Positions 14,471-28,549 are shown, counted from the stretch's first letter. The stretch: DNA of 64,000 bases from Octopus vulgaris (GCA_951406725.2 OX597822.1:33542001-33606000), one strand, 5' to 3'. The notes: generated from the sequence alone by a model not told the origin. Made by a program: numbers and translations.

Positions 14471-14605
14471 AATATGTCATCAATATTTACATCTTAAATC
14501 TGAGTTCAAATTCCACCCAACGTCAACTTCGCCTTTCATCCTTGTAAGGTTCATAAAACAGGTATCAGTTGACTTACTCCCTTCCCTTGCACCAGAATTT
14601 GAAAC

Positions 14606-14668
<63 letters not shown>

Positions 14669-16137
14669 TATTATTATTCTATGTTTGACTTTTGCTTTAT
14701 ATTTGTACAAGTTGGCTCCAAGTCTCACCCAGAGACCTCAAGAGACAACAGGTTGGAAGTTCATGTTGTTGTTATGCCTAGTGTGCCATATATTTGGTTA
14801 TGCATTTAGTGTTGTACTGGTGAATGTCTAAAAAAAAAAAAACATACGGAAATTATGTTTGTTTTAAAACTTAAGATAACATAGAAAGTATTTTGCGTAG
14901 GATATGAGCAGTTCCCATGAGCTCATGAATTTCTGCCATTTTGGGATTTATTATTAAGCCGAGGTCGACTTTGCCTCTCATCCTTTCAGGGTCGATAAAT
15001 TAAGTACCAGTGAAACACTGCAGTCAAAATAATCAACTAGGCCCCTCTCCCAAAATTTCAGGCCTTGTGCCTTTAGTAGAAAGGATTATTATTTTTATTA
15101 AGGCAGTGACCTGACAGAATCATTAGCATACAGAGTGAAATGCTTAGCAGTATTTTCTCTGTCTTTACAATCAGAGTTCTAATTCCACAGAGGTTGACTT
15201 TGGTTTTATCTCCTTTCAGGGTCGATAAAATAAGTTCTTGTTGAGCACTGGGGTCAGTTAAACCAACTTAGCCCTTAGCCCCTTCCCTGAAATCTCTGGC
15301 CTTGTGCCAAAATTTGATACCAATATTTACATCTTAAAGGCTGTGAGCTGACATAATCATTAACATGCTGGGTGAACTGCTTAGCAGTATTTTCTTTGTC
15401 TTTACAATCAGAGTTCTAATTCCACAGAGGTTGACTTTGTCTTTCATCTTTTCACGGTTGATAAAATAAATACCAGCCGAGCATGAGCGTCAATGTAATC
15501 TCCTTATCCCTCCCCTGTAATTGTTGGCCTTATGTCAAAATGTGAAGCCAGTATAAAAATATATATCACAAATCCATCATAATGTAATTGCTAACAATTA
15601 ATCTTGTAACCTAACCCAATTAATCCTGTAAATACTAAGTCTCGGACAAACTGACATGAAAGACAAACTAAAACTTTAATCCATATACAATTAGTTATGA
15701 GACCCTTCTAATCCCTTAATGATAAAATTAAATAAAAGGTAACAGAAGCAATTTAAGCTGCGCTTAGATTCAAGTCAGAAACTGGAAGAACGGCTATAAT
15801 CAGGAATAAGGATGAAATGCTGAAGAACGTGAATGAAGTAAAAAGAGGAACAGACAGTGGAAGAACCTTATACATCAAGGCCTATAATCAGGAATAAGGT
15901 CGAAATACTGAAGAACTTCAATGAACCAATAAGAGGAACATACAAATATTTATTTTTACCCCAGGTCCTAAAGTCTGTTAGTTAGACTTTAGGACCAGGT
16001 ACTTGCAAATAAGTAATAAGTACCTGTTGAGCACTGGGATCGATGTAATAGACTCTGCCCCTTCTCCCAAAATTGCTGGCCTTGTGCCAAAATTTGAAAC
16101 CAATATTATATTTAAGGTGGTGATCACTTCAACACCT

Positions 16138-16371
16138 ATTTCTTTATTACCCACAAGGGGCTAAACACAGAGGGGACAAACAAGGACAGACATAGGTATT
16201 AAGTCGATTACGTCGACCCCAGTGCATAACTGTTACTTGATTTATCGACCCCAAAAGGATGAAAGGCAAAGTCGACCTCGGCGGAATTCGAACTCACAAC
16301 GTAACGCAGACGAAATACCGCTAAGCATTTCGCCCGGCGTGCTAACGTTTCTGCCAGCTCGCCGCCTTTCG
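16138..16371 (-). mobile_element. Full-length SINE subfamily B monomer
   Basis: 14-bp TSD TCACTTCAACACCT (16124-16137, 16372-16385). Confidence 0.85.
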
Positions 16372-17665
16372 TCACTTCAACACCTGACATGTGGTACACC
16401 ATGTCCCTGTTCGGACAACATCAATTTCAGAGAGGGAGTGAGTTAAGACACATCACATAGATTTGACCCTTATAAACAAATCATTTGATAGGGCTGTTCA
16501 GCAAGGAACCGTCTTCCTGAGACCACAAGGGATTACCATCATACCGTTTATGCTATCCCTCGTTCTTTTCATTCAGAATTCTTTCATGATACTTTATTGA
16601 AACCAGATGAATGTAAAGGGCATGTGTATGGTAAAAAGAAATTTCAACTGCGTCAGATGATATTATTTCCCGTACAAAACGACAGTGCAGTAGGAGAAAT
16701 GTTTAGTACAAAAAAAAAATCTAAAGCACGAAAGTTGAGGCTAGCAGGATTTGAACTCAGAAAAGTAACTATCATTGTGAGCGTCATCCATCGTCATCTT
16801 GATTATGAAATAATGATTTAAAAAAACAAAATTTTGCTCAAAGCGTTTAGCATTGTACTTTTAGCAGATTTGAAGCCATCAATTTATGTGAATTATCTCC
16901 CTTGCATAATATTACGCTAACGAATTTTTCTAATGTGCAAGCTAAATCTCATAATATTACTGGTACGCATTGTAATCAACAAAGGCACTCGCCTATACGG
17001 TCACTGGCCTTCTAGAAATAGCAGCTACATTTTACTTAAACCACAAGTATTGAAGAAGGACGAACACATTTTTGTATTGAAAAGACATATAAGATGTGAT
17101 TCTCAATGACCAGTGCCTGCTAGAAATAGCAGCTAAATCATTTCAAATTACACCTTACTGTCTGAAAAAGGAAACGAAACATCTTAGATAATGTGGTACT
17201 GGATTAGATATAGCAGCCAAATCTGGTAATACTCTACCGTCATAAAAACGGGAAGACATATTGCATAATGTTGCCTGACATGTTCACGATCAGAACACCT
17301 GATCTCCTGTTGTTTGGCCTTTGATTGGCTTAAGCAAATTTAAGGACTGTCAGTATTTTATTCAGGTATAATGTATATCACCTTGATCACCTTGAGCGAC
17401 CAGTCCGTCGGGCGTCCATTTGACACCGCTGGTCACAGCACGCTGTCCACTCCTCTCTGGATCGCGCCTTCCTCATTCACGTGATCCCAGAAAAGTATAT
17501 AGAACTACATTAATCAATGTACCTTTATATTCTGTATATTCTATCGTTTTTATTTCATTTGTAAAGTCAGCAACAAAATTACGCATGGTATAACTGAAAG
17601 GAAATTTGTGCGCTATTTCTAGGAAGTCGAGCGACAATGTAGAAGTTTTCTTGATAGCAAGTGTG

Positions 17666-17738
<73 letters not shown>

Positions 17739-17846
17739 GAGCAGTCCCTTGTTGTCCGAGAAAGATGTTTCTGCAATTTCTTGCCGAACAACGAACTCAA
17801 ATGATTTGTTTATAGTGACCAAATGCACGTGTTGTAAGCTAATTCC

Positions 17847-18936
17847 GGTACTATTTAAGAAGAGCAGTCCCGGTGCGCGCACTCGCGCATCCGAGCTAGC
17901 TAGTCGTGACTAGTCGACCCTACAACGACTACCTAGCGCGAGTGCGCGTATGCAAATTAATAGATGAGGGTTTTTTATAAAAACAAATTAGTTTTTTTTT
18001 TAAACAAGATAATTTCTTTTAAACAAAGTAAATAAAACATAAAAACACAAAGTAAATATTTTTTTTTAAACAAAGTAAATAATTTTTTTTTTCTAAACAA
18101 CGTAAATAACTTTTTTTTAAAACAAATTAAATAAAAATAACACACTACCTGTTTTTGGGTACCCCCATCATACTCTTAAAACGTCGATTTACGTTCTTCT
18201 AATAACTTTCAACCGAATTTGTATGAACATTTGTTATAGGATCGACAAAATTTTCGGAAAGGTTCACCTTTTGGTGTCGTGGAGGCGCAATTGTCCAGTG
18301 GTTAGGGCAGCGGACTCGCGGTCGTAGGATCGCGGTTTCGATTCCCAGACCGGGCGGTGTGAGTGTTTATTGAGCGAAAACACCTAAAAGCTCCACGAGG
18401 CTCCGGCAGGGATGGTGGTGATCCCTGCTGTACTCTTTCACCACAACTTTCTCTCACTCTTACTTCCTGTTTCTGTTGTACCTGTATTTCCAGGGGTCGG
18501 CCTTGTCACTCTCTGTGTCACGCTGAATATCCCCGGGAACTACGTTAAGGGTGCACGTGTCTGTGGAGTGCTCAGCCACTTACACGTTAATTTCACGAGC
18601 AGGCTGTTCCGTTGATCGGATCAACCGGAACCCTCGTCGTCGTAACCGACGGAGTGCTTCCATCCATTTTGGTGTCACATCTATTTCACTAATCCCATTG
18701 AACGCACTCCAAATGTATTTACGTTGTTTAGAAAAAGAATTTATTTCGTTTGTTTAGAAAAAAATAATTTATTTACTTTGCTTTTAAAAAAATATTTACT
18801 TTGTATTTTTGTGTTTTATTTGCATACGCGCACTCGCACTAGGTAGTCGTTGTAGGATCGACTAGTCACGACTAGCTAGCGCGGATGCGCGAGTACGCGA
18901 GTGCGCGCACCGGGACCACTCTTCTTAAATAGCACC
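17847..18936. mobile_element. Non-autonomous DNA transposon with long TIRs (Merlin- or Mutator-like), carrying a SINE
   Basis: About 110-bp TIRs beginning GGTACTATTTAAGAAGAG, plus AAACAAAGTAAATA subterminal repeats; 9-bp TSD GCTAATTCC (17838-17846) / GCTTATTCC (18937-18945). Confidence 0.8.
18279..18666 (+). mobile_element. tRNA-derived SINE, family C (young)
   Basis: A/B boxes; 10-bp TSD TTTTGGTGTC; near-identical copies at 25801 and 28874. Confidence 0.9.
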
Positions 18937-19651
18937 GCTTATTCCCTTCATCAAATTGACGTTGCCTGTACAGGTTCACGGTGTACCACAAGTCAGATGT
19001 TGAAGTCATCGCAGACCAACGTGAGACAAATTGTTCTGCTCGAGAACACAACGCATCACGCGCTCCAGGAACTGAAACCACGATCTCGCGGTGATGAGTT
19101 CAACGCGCTAACCACTAATCTATGCATCGTCACAACACATACGTATATACAGACCAAGTACGTGCCGTCAGTAAATACTCAGGGTACGTAGTTGGTGACC
19201 TTTATGTAGTAAAACGCACGAAAAATAAGCGAAACACAGGCGCGCGACTGAGTTGAGGGCAGATTTGTTTCTGCCTTTATAACACAGAAAGAAAACGGTG
19301 TTGTAGGAATGTACGCAGCACGTGTACTACAGCAGTATTACGCACAGCTTAAATCCTAAGATTAAAAAGCAGATGCGAATTATGCTTACCTAATCTACCA
19401 AAAAATAAAAATATTTTGCATTTTATGCATAGCAATCAGAGTAACCTTCATAATTTTGTTGAATTAGGTACGTATTTTGTCATTGAAGGAAAATGTTGCT
19501 ATCGATCTATTTTATTCAAGTTAGGCACTGCCTACCTTGTTTGCCCAGGCGGCACGTCCCTGATACAGACACAAAACGCACTGCACACGAGAGCTATTTC
19601 AAAAGTTTTGTGCCAACACATAATACAATAATTTGCGATCACTGTGGTATA

Positions 19652-20047
19652 TCTTTATATATAAAAGTCAAGTTGTGTGTCTGTCTCCTACGATTTAGAT
19701 TCCTAACTACCACATTTTGCGGTGCAGTGTAACAAAAAGCGGGTATCTTATAGTCGTGATTCATATCGAGCCCTTCTGGGTATTAGCGCGCGTCTACAAT
19801 GAGTCTACGATTTAAAAAAAAATTTACCATCATTTTTTTCCATTTTAATGCATTTTTTCGCTATTATATAAGGGAAGTAACTCTCTAAAAATGTCTACGA
19901 TGAGTCAACGATTTAAAAAAATATTTACCATCATTTTTTTTCCATTTTTAATGCATTTTTTTGCTATTTTTTTGGCTATAACTCTCTAAAAATGCTTATA
20001 TAGTTATTTCTCTTACAAACCCGAGCAACGCCGGGCGATACTGCTAG
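19652..20047 (+). mobile_element. Non-autonomous Helitron
   Basis: A|TC 5' end, 3' hairpin CCCGAGCAACGCCGGG then CTAG|T; internal ~95-bp duplication. Confidence 0.8.
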
Positions 20048-22133
20048 TGAATCATAAAGACAAACTTCCTACACACAGAGAGAGAGAGAGAGAGACACAC
20101 AGAGAGAGAAATAAACAAAAGTGCATATCTATGCACCTAAAAATAGCGTTACGAAGAAAAAAATAAAAATTGTTATAAAATCAAAACATTGACTTCTTTT
20201 AATATAAAACCGTGGATAAGTGACATATTCGTTTCATCAAAGCAGATTAGACGCTGATCACATGCAATATTATATTTAAAGAAAATGGCAAGAGAGCGAA
20301 GACAGAAGTAATTATGAATGTGAAAGAGGATTAACGAGGAAATAGTGATGAAAGCGATAAATTCCATAATTGCATGATGAAACCGATTAAGGTCACGACA
20401 ATTATGTAACAAGGGAGAGCATGCTAACAGGAAAAAATAGGCCACTGCTAGAGTTAATTCCCTTGCACTGTGTCTTGCTATTCTGGTAGCTATATGGATC
20501 TCGGTCAGAATTTCCGATTGTTAATTTTCCGTTATTCGATCAAATAAACGACCTAGCTCATTCAATTAACGTGTAAGTGGCTGAGTATTCCATAGAATAA
20601 TGTATCCTTAATGTAATTCTTTCTAATTCAAGCACTAGGCTAGCGATCGATTTTGAGGGAAATGATAGATCGATTATACAACGAGCTCAATACTCGACGG
20701 GTAATTTATGTTTATTGAACTTCGAAAGGATGAAAGAAACGCTAAGTCGACTTCAGCAGGATTCGAACTCCAAATATAAAGATTAAATACAGCAGATCAT
20801 TTTTCCAGCGTTCTAACAGTTCTGCTCTCTCACCGCCTTTACCCTTTCACACGCAATCAATGACATGCAGTGTGACAAAACTTCTAAACAATTTCGTTTT
20901 ACCCAAGTTAACTTACAAGATAAGGGTAGTTTGGATACGAGACTCAAGTAGAAAAGGACACATGTCCTAGATAGCATGCAACGAGATCAAACCTAGGATC
21001 TCATGATTCCGAAGCGAGCTTCTAAACAGTTCGGTCATACTTCTACATAGTATGTTACTGGTGATTTTTAGCGAAGGCGCGTGGCTTACAGGTTAGAGTA
21101 TTCGGCTCGTGAGATCGATATCCGGCGGCCCGTTGTGTCCTTGAGCAAGACTTTTAATTCCACGTTGCTCCAGTTTATTGAGTTAGTATATGTGTCTGTG
21201 CAGTGTTCAACCACTTGCACCTTAATTTCACGAGCAGGCTGTTCTGCTGATCGGACCAACAGGAGCTCTCATTGTCGCAACCGACGGAGACCCAGTCACT
21301 AGTGTGCTTATCTAACCGTACGGTGTTACGTGTTCTTACAATACTGCTGTCATTTTATCTTTAAGCTGCATAGCTTAGTGGTTAGAGCGTCGAGCACACA
21401 ATCATGATGTAGTGAGTTCGATTCCCGGACCGACCTGTGTGCTGTGCTCTTCAGTAGGACTTTATTTCACGCTGCTCCAGTTCACTCAGCTGTAGAAATG
21501 AGTTGGGATGTCACTGGTGCCAAGCTGTATCGGCCCCTTTGCCTTTCCCCTGGATGACATCGGTGGCGTGGAGACTGGAGGCTGGTATACATGGACGACT
21601 GCTGGTCTTCCATAAACAGCCCTGCCTATACTTATAACTCGGAGGATAACTTTCGAGATGCAATCCCATGGCCATTCATGACCTAAGGCGGTCTTTTTTT
21701 TTTCTTTTTTTGTTAAGTGACTTGTATATCACAATGATCCTGAAACCTATCTGCCAGCAGAAAGAAAGATTCTAGTAGGGGGCCATCCTGTGCTGGACAG
21801 GTCATAGGATAGAGGTCAAACTAATACAAGCCACCTCGTCCCTGGGGTCAAACTGGGTTTGCATAGGGCCAACACGCCTACCTAGAGAAAAAAAAAGCAA
21901 AGCTATAGAAGAAGCGACGATTCAAACACAAGAATCGGGGTCGATTCACTAAGAACCACTTGAGAACAGGGGACGATGTAATCGATTTACCGAGGGGCTA
22001 AATCGATTGCCTAGACCCCTGTGCTCAAGTGATTTTTAGTGAAACTACCCCAATTCTTGTTTTTGAATTGTCGATTCTTCTATAGGATGACCTTTTTTTT
22101 CTCTAGGTAAGGTTTGTTGGCCCTATACAAAAA

Positions 22134-22177
<44 letters not shown>

Positions 22178-22199
22178 CGTGTTGGCCATATACAAATAC

Positions 22200-22231
<32 letters not shown>

Positions 22232-22422
22232 TATTTCGCTTTTGTATTTGGTTTGCAAGATTCTTTATGTGAATTCGTGTGTTGAAGCATATTTTATTGT
22301 GCCCGGGGAGAGTTGCAAGACGCAACGAAAGTTTTAGAAAAAAATAAATAAGTAAATGATTGGAAATCGAACCGGTAAGTGTGCTAAGTAGCAAGGCACT
22401 AGAAGAGACTGACTCCTCCCAG

Positions 22423-22499
<77 letters not shown>

Positions 22500-22769
22500 C
22501 ACATACATGTGTGTATGTGTACATATACATACATACATACATACATACATACATACATACATACATACATACATACATACATACATACATACATACATGC
22601 ATTTATTGTTTTAAACTTGCACACATACGCCCGCTTGCGCGCGCGAACACTCGTTTGACCTGGCAGACAGAAAAACAGATTGCTTATATATTAAGCATGC
22701 GTGACCGAGCACGTTATGAAAATCATCGGCGCACGCTCGCAATCAGTCTCTCCCTCCCTCCCTCCCTCC

Positions 22770-22847
<78 letters not shown>

Positions 22848-23189
22848 TAACTGCTGATAAGCTATGCGTAAACAAACACGGTTTCATAATTACATCATCT
22901 AATGAGATATATTATATATAGCTAATTAAATCATAGCTGGCGATAGACGTCAGTCGAAATTTTCTTTTCTTCCATTTTTACTTCAGGACAGGACTCAGGC
23001 TTAAGAAGTTCGGTTTACAATCGCGTGGCTTTGAGTTCAATGACACAGCGCGGCACCTTCGGTATCTTCTACTATAGATAAGGCCCGACCAATGACCTGT
23101 GATTGAATTTGGGACTCGATAACTGTGTAGAAGCCCCTCATGTGTGAGTGTGTGTGTGTGTGTGTATGTGTGTTTGAGGAAGATGAATA

Positions 23190-23196
23190 GACAGAC

Positions 23197-23248
<52 letters not shown>

Positions 23249-23690
23249 GCTTACATACATACAAACATGCATACATACATACATACATACATACATACAT
23301 ACATACATACATACATGCTTACATACATACATACAAACATGCATACATACATACATACATACAAACATGCATACATACATACATACAAACATGCTTACAT
23401 ACATACATACGTACATGCTTACATACATACATACATACATACAAACATGCATACATACATACATACATACATACATGCTTACATGCATACATACACACAA
23501 ACATGCATACATACATGCATACACACATACATACATACAAACATGCATACATACATACATGCATACATACATACATACATACATACATACATACAAACAT
23601 GCATACATACATACATACAAACATGCATACATACATGCATACATACATACAAACATACATACATACATACAAACATACATATATACATCA
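23190..23690. repeat. (AGAT)n followed by long interrupted (ACAT)n
   Basis: Direct inspection. Confidence 0.95.
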
Positions 23691-24051
23691 TGTGTATCAC
23701 GTGATATACAGGGCATAATTCTGTTGTATCCATGCATCAAATTATGATACACATTCGCCACCTTTGCCTTTCTTTTTTATAATTTAATCTACCAGAGAAA
23801 AGCTTTATATCACTCAGAACGTTCAGGACAAACTCGGGAAAATGATTTGGACAGTCAAAGGATTAACTTATACACACTTCAAAATAGATAGCAAATGTTT
23901 GCCGTTTCGAGAGGCTGGATAGCTGGTGTCGAAAAGGTTCATAAGTCAGAGAAGTGTACGAAGATTGGCAAAGTTTTATTCACCTTGCTCTAGTAAACCT
24001 GAGACACTTGCATCCGTGTCAGTCAACAAAATTTCAACAATAATAATAATA

Positions 24052-24102
<51 letters not shown>

Positions 24103-24775
24103 TCTACTGGAAGCACAAGGCCTCAACTCTGGGGGAGTGATTCAGTCGATTACATCGACGCCAGCGTTTCACTGGTACTTAATTTTTCGACCCCGAAAGG
24201 ATGAAAGGCGAAGTCGACATCGGCGGAATTTGAACTCATAACGATTATGCTAGCTCGCCGCCTTAAAGAAGAAGAAGAAGAAGAAGAAGAAGGAGGAGGA
24301 GGATCTTTTTCAATACAGGTACAAGGCCTGAAGTTTTGGAGGAAGGACTAATCGATTTCAACGCCCCCCCCCCCGGTACTTGATAGGTAGAAGTCAAAGT
24401 CAGCGGAATTTGAACTTTGAACTTAAAAACGGACGAAATGCTGTTATGCATTCTGTCCGGCGTGTTGACGATTCTACCCGTTCGCTACCTAAAAAAAAAA
24501 TAACAATAGTTCTTTACTAAATTTTCGCACAAGGCTAGCAATTTCGAACCGTGGGGGGAGGGGGCATATCGCTTATGTCAACTCACCGTTTAATTGGGAA
24601 CGTATTTTATCCCGCCCAAAATTATGAAAGATGGTGGTATTTGAACGCTCTAACACTTCTGCCAATCTAAGTATTGGGGCAATGGCATCGACCAAACTTA
24701 CCTCCACTTAGAAATTAGACATAGTGCTAACATTTTACACGCACGAGCGCATGCGCACGTACATACACCTATCTA

Positions 24776-24900
24776 CAGTAATCCTTCGCCATATCGCGGT
24801 TCACCTATCGCGCACTCAGTACATCGCGGATTTTTCTGGTTAATATATGTAAATTTATATCGTGGACTTTTCAGTATATCGCGGTTTTCTGCGGCTGATA
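24776..24900 (+). mobile_element. pogo/Tigger-like element end
   Basis: TA|CAGTAATCCTTCG start with repeated ATCGCGG motifs; other end not found. Confidence 0.45.
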
Positions 24901-25009
24901 AATATCTATGTCTTTTTTAGATTTTAATTATTTCTGTGCTAAAATAAGCATTTTCACACTTAAAAATAAATAAATTAATTAATAAAAAGAAAGAACAGTA
25001 CATTTTTTT

Positions 25010-25778
25010 TACTACTCTAGGCACAAGCCCGAAATTTTCGACTCGAGTACGCAACTGGTACTGAATTTATCGACTCGAGTATGCAACTGGTACTTAATTT
25101 ATCGACCCCGAAAGGATCAAAGGCAAAGTTGACCCCAGAGGAATGTGAACTCAGAAGGTAAAGACAGACGAAATACCTATTTCTTTACTACCCACAAGGG
25201 GCTAAACACAGAGAGGACAAAAAAGAACAGACAAACGGATTAAGTCGATTATATCAACGCCAGTGTGTAACTGGTACTTATTTAATCGACCCCGAAAGGA
25301 TGAAAGGCAAAGTCGACCTCGGCGGAATTTGAACTCAGAACGTAGCGGCAGACAAAATACCTATTTCTTTACTACGCACAAGGGGCTACACACAGAGATG
25401 ACAAACAAGGACAGACAAACGGATTAAGTCGATTATATCGACCCCAGCGCGTAACTGGTACTTAATTTATCGAACCCGAAAGGATGAAAGGCAAAGCCGA
25501 CCTCGGCGGAATTTGAACTCAGAACGTAGCGGCAGACAAAATACCTATTTCTTTACTACGCACAAGGGGCTACACACAGAGAGGACAAACAAGGACAGAC
25601 AAACGGATTAAGTCGATTATATCGACCCCAGTGCGTAACTGGTACTTAATTTATCGAACCCGAAAGGATGAAAGGCAAAGCCGACCACGGCGGTATTTGA
25701 ACTCAGAACGTAACGGCAGACGAAATACGGCTACGCATTTCGCCCGGCTTGCTAACGTTTCTGCCAGGTCGCCGCCTT
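25010..25778 (-). mobile_element. Array of SINE family A/B (Meta-domain-like centre): head + three 184-bp B units + A body
   Basis: Units start at 25178, 25362, 25546; central GCCTTTCATCCTTTCGGGGTCGATAAATTAAGTACCAG resembles the MetaSINE domain (from memory). Confidence 0.85.
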
Positions 25779-25800
25779 CAAATAAAGTACAGTGCACTAT

Positions 25801-26178
25801 GTGGAGGCGCAGTGGCCCAGTGGTTATGGTAGCGGACTCGCGGTCATAGGATCGCGGTTTCGATTCCCAGACCGTGTTTATTGAGCGAAAACACCTAAAG
25901 GTTCACGAGGCTCCGGCAGGGGATGGTGGTGATCCCTGCTGTACTCTTTCACCACAACTTTCTCTCACTCTTACTTCCTGTTTCTGTTGTACCTGTATTT
26001 CAAAGGGCCGGCCTTGTCACTCTCTGTGTCACGCTGAATATCCCCGAGAACTACGTTAAGGGTACACGTGTCTGTGGAGTGCTCAGCCACTTACACGTTA
26101 ATTTCACGAGCAGGCTGTTTCGTTGATTCGGATCAACCGGAACTCTCGTCGTCGTAACCGACGGAGTGCTTCCAGTCC
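25801..26178 (+). mobile_element. tRNA-derived SINE, family C
   Basis: Matches 18279-18666; flanking GCACTATGT repeat. Confidence 0.9.
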
Positions 26179-26346
26179 AGTATAGCACTATGTAACACGT
26201 TAATTGAAATATATCAAAAGAAAATACGTTGTGTACCGTAGATGAGTAAACAAAAAATCACACATACTGCATGGAAAACGAAACTCGGGAGGTGAGTGTG
26301 TGGTGTTGTTTCGCATCTACAATAAAATAAATATATACATTTATAT

Positions 26347-26437
<91 letters not shown>

Positions 26438-26440
<3 letters not shown>

Positions 26441-26780
26441 AGAGTTTACGAAAAAAAAAAAAGACGAAGACAGGTGGTGTACAAAACAAACAGATGTATT
26501 AGTATAACGCTCAGGAATAGAAAAAGTCTTTTATATTTCGAGCCTACGCTCTTCTACAGAAAGGGACACGGAAAAGACAAGGAGAGAAACAAGGAGATAA
26601 TGTTATTCCAAACATGAAAACAAAGAGAAAACACAACAACGCGAGGACGTGGAACAAGTATAGTGTTATTGGACGCTCAGGAAAGGAAAGAAAGAAGGAG
26701 GATTTAACGTTTCGAGCGGAGCTCTTCGTCAGAAACATAGGAAAAGGAAAGATCCATGGAAGGGAAGACGGAGGAGAAAA
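26438..26780 (-). mobile_element. Two adjacent Penelope-like end fragments next to (TA)n
   Basis: First part matches 41486-41690, second matches 53613-53790; each carries a hammerhead-like motif. Confidence 0.55.
26703..26735 (-). ncRNA. Minimal hammerhead ribozyme in a Penelope-like end
   Basis: UUU-CUGACGA-A-GAGC(ucc)GCUC-GAAA-CGUU-AAA; paralog at about 53714-53747 with CCGACGA. Confidence 0.6.
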
Positions 26781-26844
26781 AAAATTGCAGGTTTCTGTAT
26801 TACAACGGAAACAAATTCCAGCCATCAGTTTCTTCTCTTTATAG

Positions 26845-26875
<31 letters not shown>

Positions 26876-26957
26876 CGTACGTATGTATGTATGTATGATG
26901 TATGTGTGTGTGGGGGGGTGTACACACACACACACCTATATATATACATATACATAC

Positions 26958-27012
<55 letters not shown>

Positions 27013-27577
27013 TTTGTTGCAGACATTTGACTGCGGCCAATCTGGAGCACGGTCTTTATATATATATATATATATATGTATACACACACACACACACACA
27101 AATACATACATACATATCTATAAAGAGAAAAAACTGATGGATGGAATTTTTTTCCGTTGTAATAGAGAAACCTGCAAGTGCTCAATACAACTTTACATCG
27201 CAGGTGTGTAGAGCTATATTATATAGGTTAATTTATGTGAAATAAGCAAGGATGATGCACCTAAACTGTGGTTTCGGTCGATTGCCCCATTGGTCGACCG
27301 TACTTTTTTCATGAATGTCTATATGAGGAAACAGAATATCGATTCTTTATTGAAAGTTCTATATATTCCAGCTTTGTGGGACAGTGTCTGTAAGTCACAG
27401 TGAATGAATGAGATGAAAAAGGAATGATATTTATGTCAAATCTATACACAAAGCCACGCACATATACACATGCATATATATAAGTAGAAAGAATAGCCAA
27501 AACTTTTTGACTGCTATTTCTAAATTCGGTGTGTGGTGAGGCAAATCGTTGCTAAACCCTTAATTACTTAGTATATA

Positions 27578-27679
<102 letters not shown>

Positions 27680-28286
27680 TATATAAAACAGACAGACGTA
27701 TATGAATATACATATTTATATACATATTTATACATATGAATACACATAATTATATATACGTATATGAATATACATATTTATATATATGTATATGAATATA
27801 CATACTTTTTTATATTTCTTCAAACATACACATACATTATAGACACGCACGCACATATACACACACTCACACACACAAATATGTATGTACATACACAAGT
27901 ATACAGGCATTCTTGCGTTACGTTTGCCTTAGGTTACGGTGTATCATGCTTACGGAAATTGTAAAGCACGGCCGCTGATTTCATGGTTCAGTCTTTAAAT
28001 TTCGCCTCTGCTGAAACTCGAATAAATCTTGAGAATTTAAAAGCTACACATCTCTCTTGAGCCAAAAAAAGGCCGCTTCTCGGGATATCAAAATAGTGGA
28101 CAATTTGAAAACCTATAACCACGACGTTGGGGGAAGGGGGAAGACAGAGAAAGAAAGAGAGAGAGAGAGAGAGTGTATGTGTGTGTGTGTGTGAGTGAGT
28201 GAGTGTGTGTGTGCGTGTAGTGTAGTTTTTATGGCTCAGAGCGCGCAGTAAAAGCCCCGAGCGTGAGAATTGCCTAGCAGTTATAC

Positions 28287-28496
28287 TTTTATTTGTTTCA
28301 GTCATTTGACTGTGGCCATGCTGGAGTACCGCCTTTAACCGAACGAATCGACCCCAGGACTTATTCTTTTGTAAGCCTAACTAACGGTCTCTTTCGCCGA
28401 ACCGCTAAGTTACGGGGGTGGGGACGTAAACACACCAGCATTGGTTGTCAAGCGATGGTGGGGTGACAAACACAGACACGCAAACACACACACAAA

Positions 28497-28549
<53 letters not shown>

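Noticed and set aside
15790-15996. ~88-bp direct duplication plus small hairpin
   Set aside because: Only two diverged copies, no termini or other supporting structure
18279-18355. tRNA genes (also 21370, 25801, 28874, 34855, 47080)
   Set aside because: A/B boxes are present but cloverleaf stems are broken and the heads continue into SINE bodies
25178-25730. CRISPR-like regular repeat spacing (also 50294-50823)
   Set aside because: Whole units repeat with no unique spacers, no cas genes, and the context is eukaryotic
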